Of a stretch of 34,271 nt of DNA, positions 33,614 through 34,271 are shown piece by piece. This DNA is from Deltaproteobacteria bacterium (GTDB lineage Bacteria > Bdellovibrionota_B > Oligoflexia > Oligoflexales > Bog-1112): the NCBI GenBank assembly GCA_003136475.1, contig PLEQ01000232.1:1-34271 (forward strand), read 5' to 3'. Position numbers and translations under genes: made by a program. Under the pieces are notes generated by a model. That model saw only the letters and a list, made by a program, of their open reading frames with translations, did no database searches and had not been told where the DNA came from. Every line of letters starts with the position of its first letter. Positions within the stretch are counted from its first letter, which is position 1.

Positions 33614-34228
33614 ATGAATCCGACAGAATACGAAAAAAATGTTTTAATTACAGAATCTAATGATTTTTCAGCAATTAAAGGACGTATTGATGATCGAATG
33701 ATTCGATTACTACATGCGGGACTGGGATTAAGTTCTGAATTGGCAGAACTTACTGATGCCTATGCTAGTCCAAAAAATGTCAATATCGATTGGGTAAATA
33801 TAGCTGAAGAGAGTGCGGATTTATTGTGGTACTGTGCTGTTGCAATTAACGCTCTGGGATTTAATCATGACGAAGTATCTTCTCTTGAATCTGAAGCAAG
33901 TGAGCCTCTAGTTCAAAAACATTCCACTCTTTGTCTCAAGGCAGCTCTTCTAGCTGCCGTATGTGCTACTGGCGAATACAATGATTTGCTTAAAAAGCAT
34001 TTGTTTTATGGTCGAGAACTAAATGTAGAAAAAATGAAGAGGGTATTACAAGCACTGTGTTTGGCCGTTTCTCGACTATGTTTTATCAGTGGAACAACCA
34101 TCGGTGAGGCCCGGCAAACCAATATAAACAAACTCAAGGCCCGTTATGGAGAAAAATTTACTGAAGCCGCTGCTTTGAATCGGGATCTTGAAACGGAACG
34201 TAAAATTCTAGAGGATGGTGTAAAATGA
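33614..34228 (+). CDS. mazG: MazG-like nucleoside triphosphate pyrophosphohydrolase
   Basis: LHAGLGLSSELAEL...EESADLLWY; GEYNDLLKKHLFYG; NINKLKARYGEKF. AAGGAG RBS. Confidence 0.85.
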   Translation: MNPTEYEKNVLITESNDFSAIKGRIDDRMIRLLHAGLGLSSELAELTDAYASPKNVNIDWVNIAEESADLLWYCAVAINALGFNHDEVSSLESEASEPLVQKHSTLCLKAALLAAVCATGEYNDLLKKHLFYGRELNVEKMKRVLQALCLAVSRLCFISGTTIGEARQTNINKLKARYGEKFTEAAALNRDLETERKILEDGVK

Positions 34229-34271
34229 AATATTTAATCGTACTTGTCATTTTTTGTTTTAGTGGATGCGC
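34225..34271 (+). CDS. Predicted lipoprotein, 5' fragment only
   Basis: ATGA overlap with mazG; MKYLIVLVIFCFSGC(A) has an FSGC lipobox; truncated by the window end. Confidence 0.55.
   Translation, partial: MKYLIVLVIFCFSGC

Noticed and set aside
1-34271. Stop-codon reassignment (alternative genetic code)
   Set aside because: Standard code 11 gives near-complete coding density with very long ORFs, and TAA, TAG and TGA all occur at plausible gene ends.
1-34271. CRISPR array, tRNA, rRNA or IS element
   Set aside because: There are no spaced direct repeats, cloverleaf or transposase motifs. The largest intergenic gaps are only about 70-120 bp and are explained by promoters.

Overview
AT-rich segment of a large, probably contractile-tailed (myovirus-like) bacteriophage genome. 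The minus strand carries the baseplate/fibre morphogenesis module: tape-measure-like protein, hub, central spike, a tube-initiator/LysM/gp25-like fusion, a 2110-aa baseplate J-like wedge, a gpI-like wedge, a tail-tube-like protein and several Thr/Ser/Gly-rich fibre proteins, with two free-standing GIY-YIG endonuclease genes inserted. Four plus-strand islands of small accessory genes interrupt or flank this module. They encode an SLT transglycosylase, an HNH-like endonuclease, a metzincin lipoprotein, a PagL-like lipid A deacylase, a MazG-like pyrophosphohydrolase and zinc-ribbon proteins. The clearest non-coding signal is a 9-mer, CAATCTTAT on the coding strand, found in 7 exact copies plus 1-2 variants just upstream of gene starts. 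It is most likely the phage late promoter. Two plus-strand islands instead start with sigma70-type promoters that appear to give leaderless mRNAs. The PagL-like gene points to a Gram-negative, LPS-bearing host. All family assignments come from reading motifs by eye; no database searches were run.
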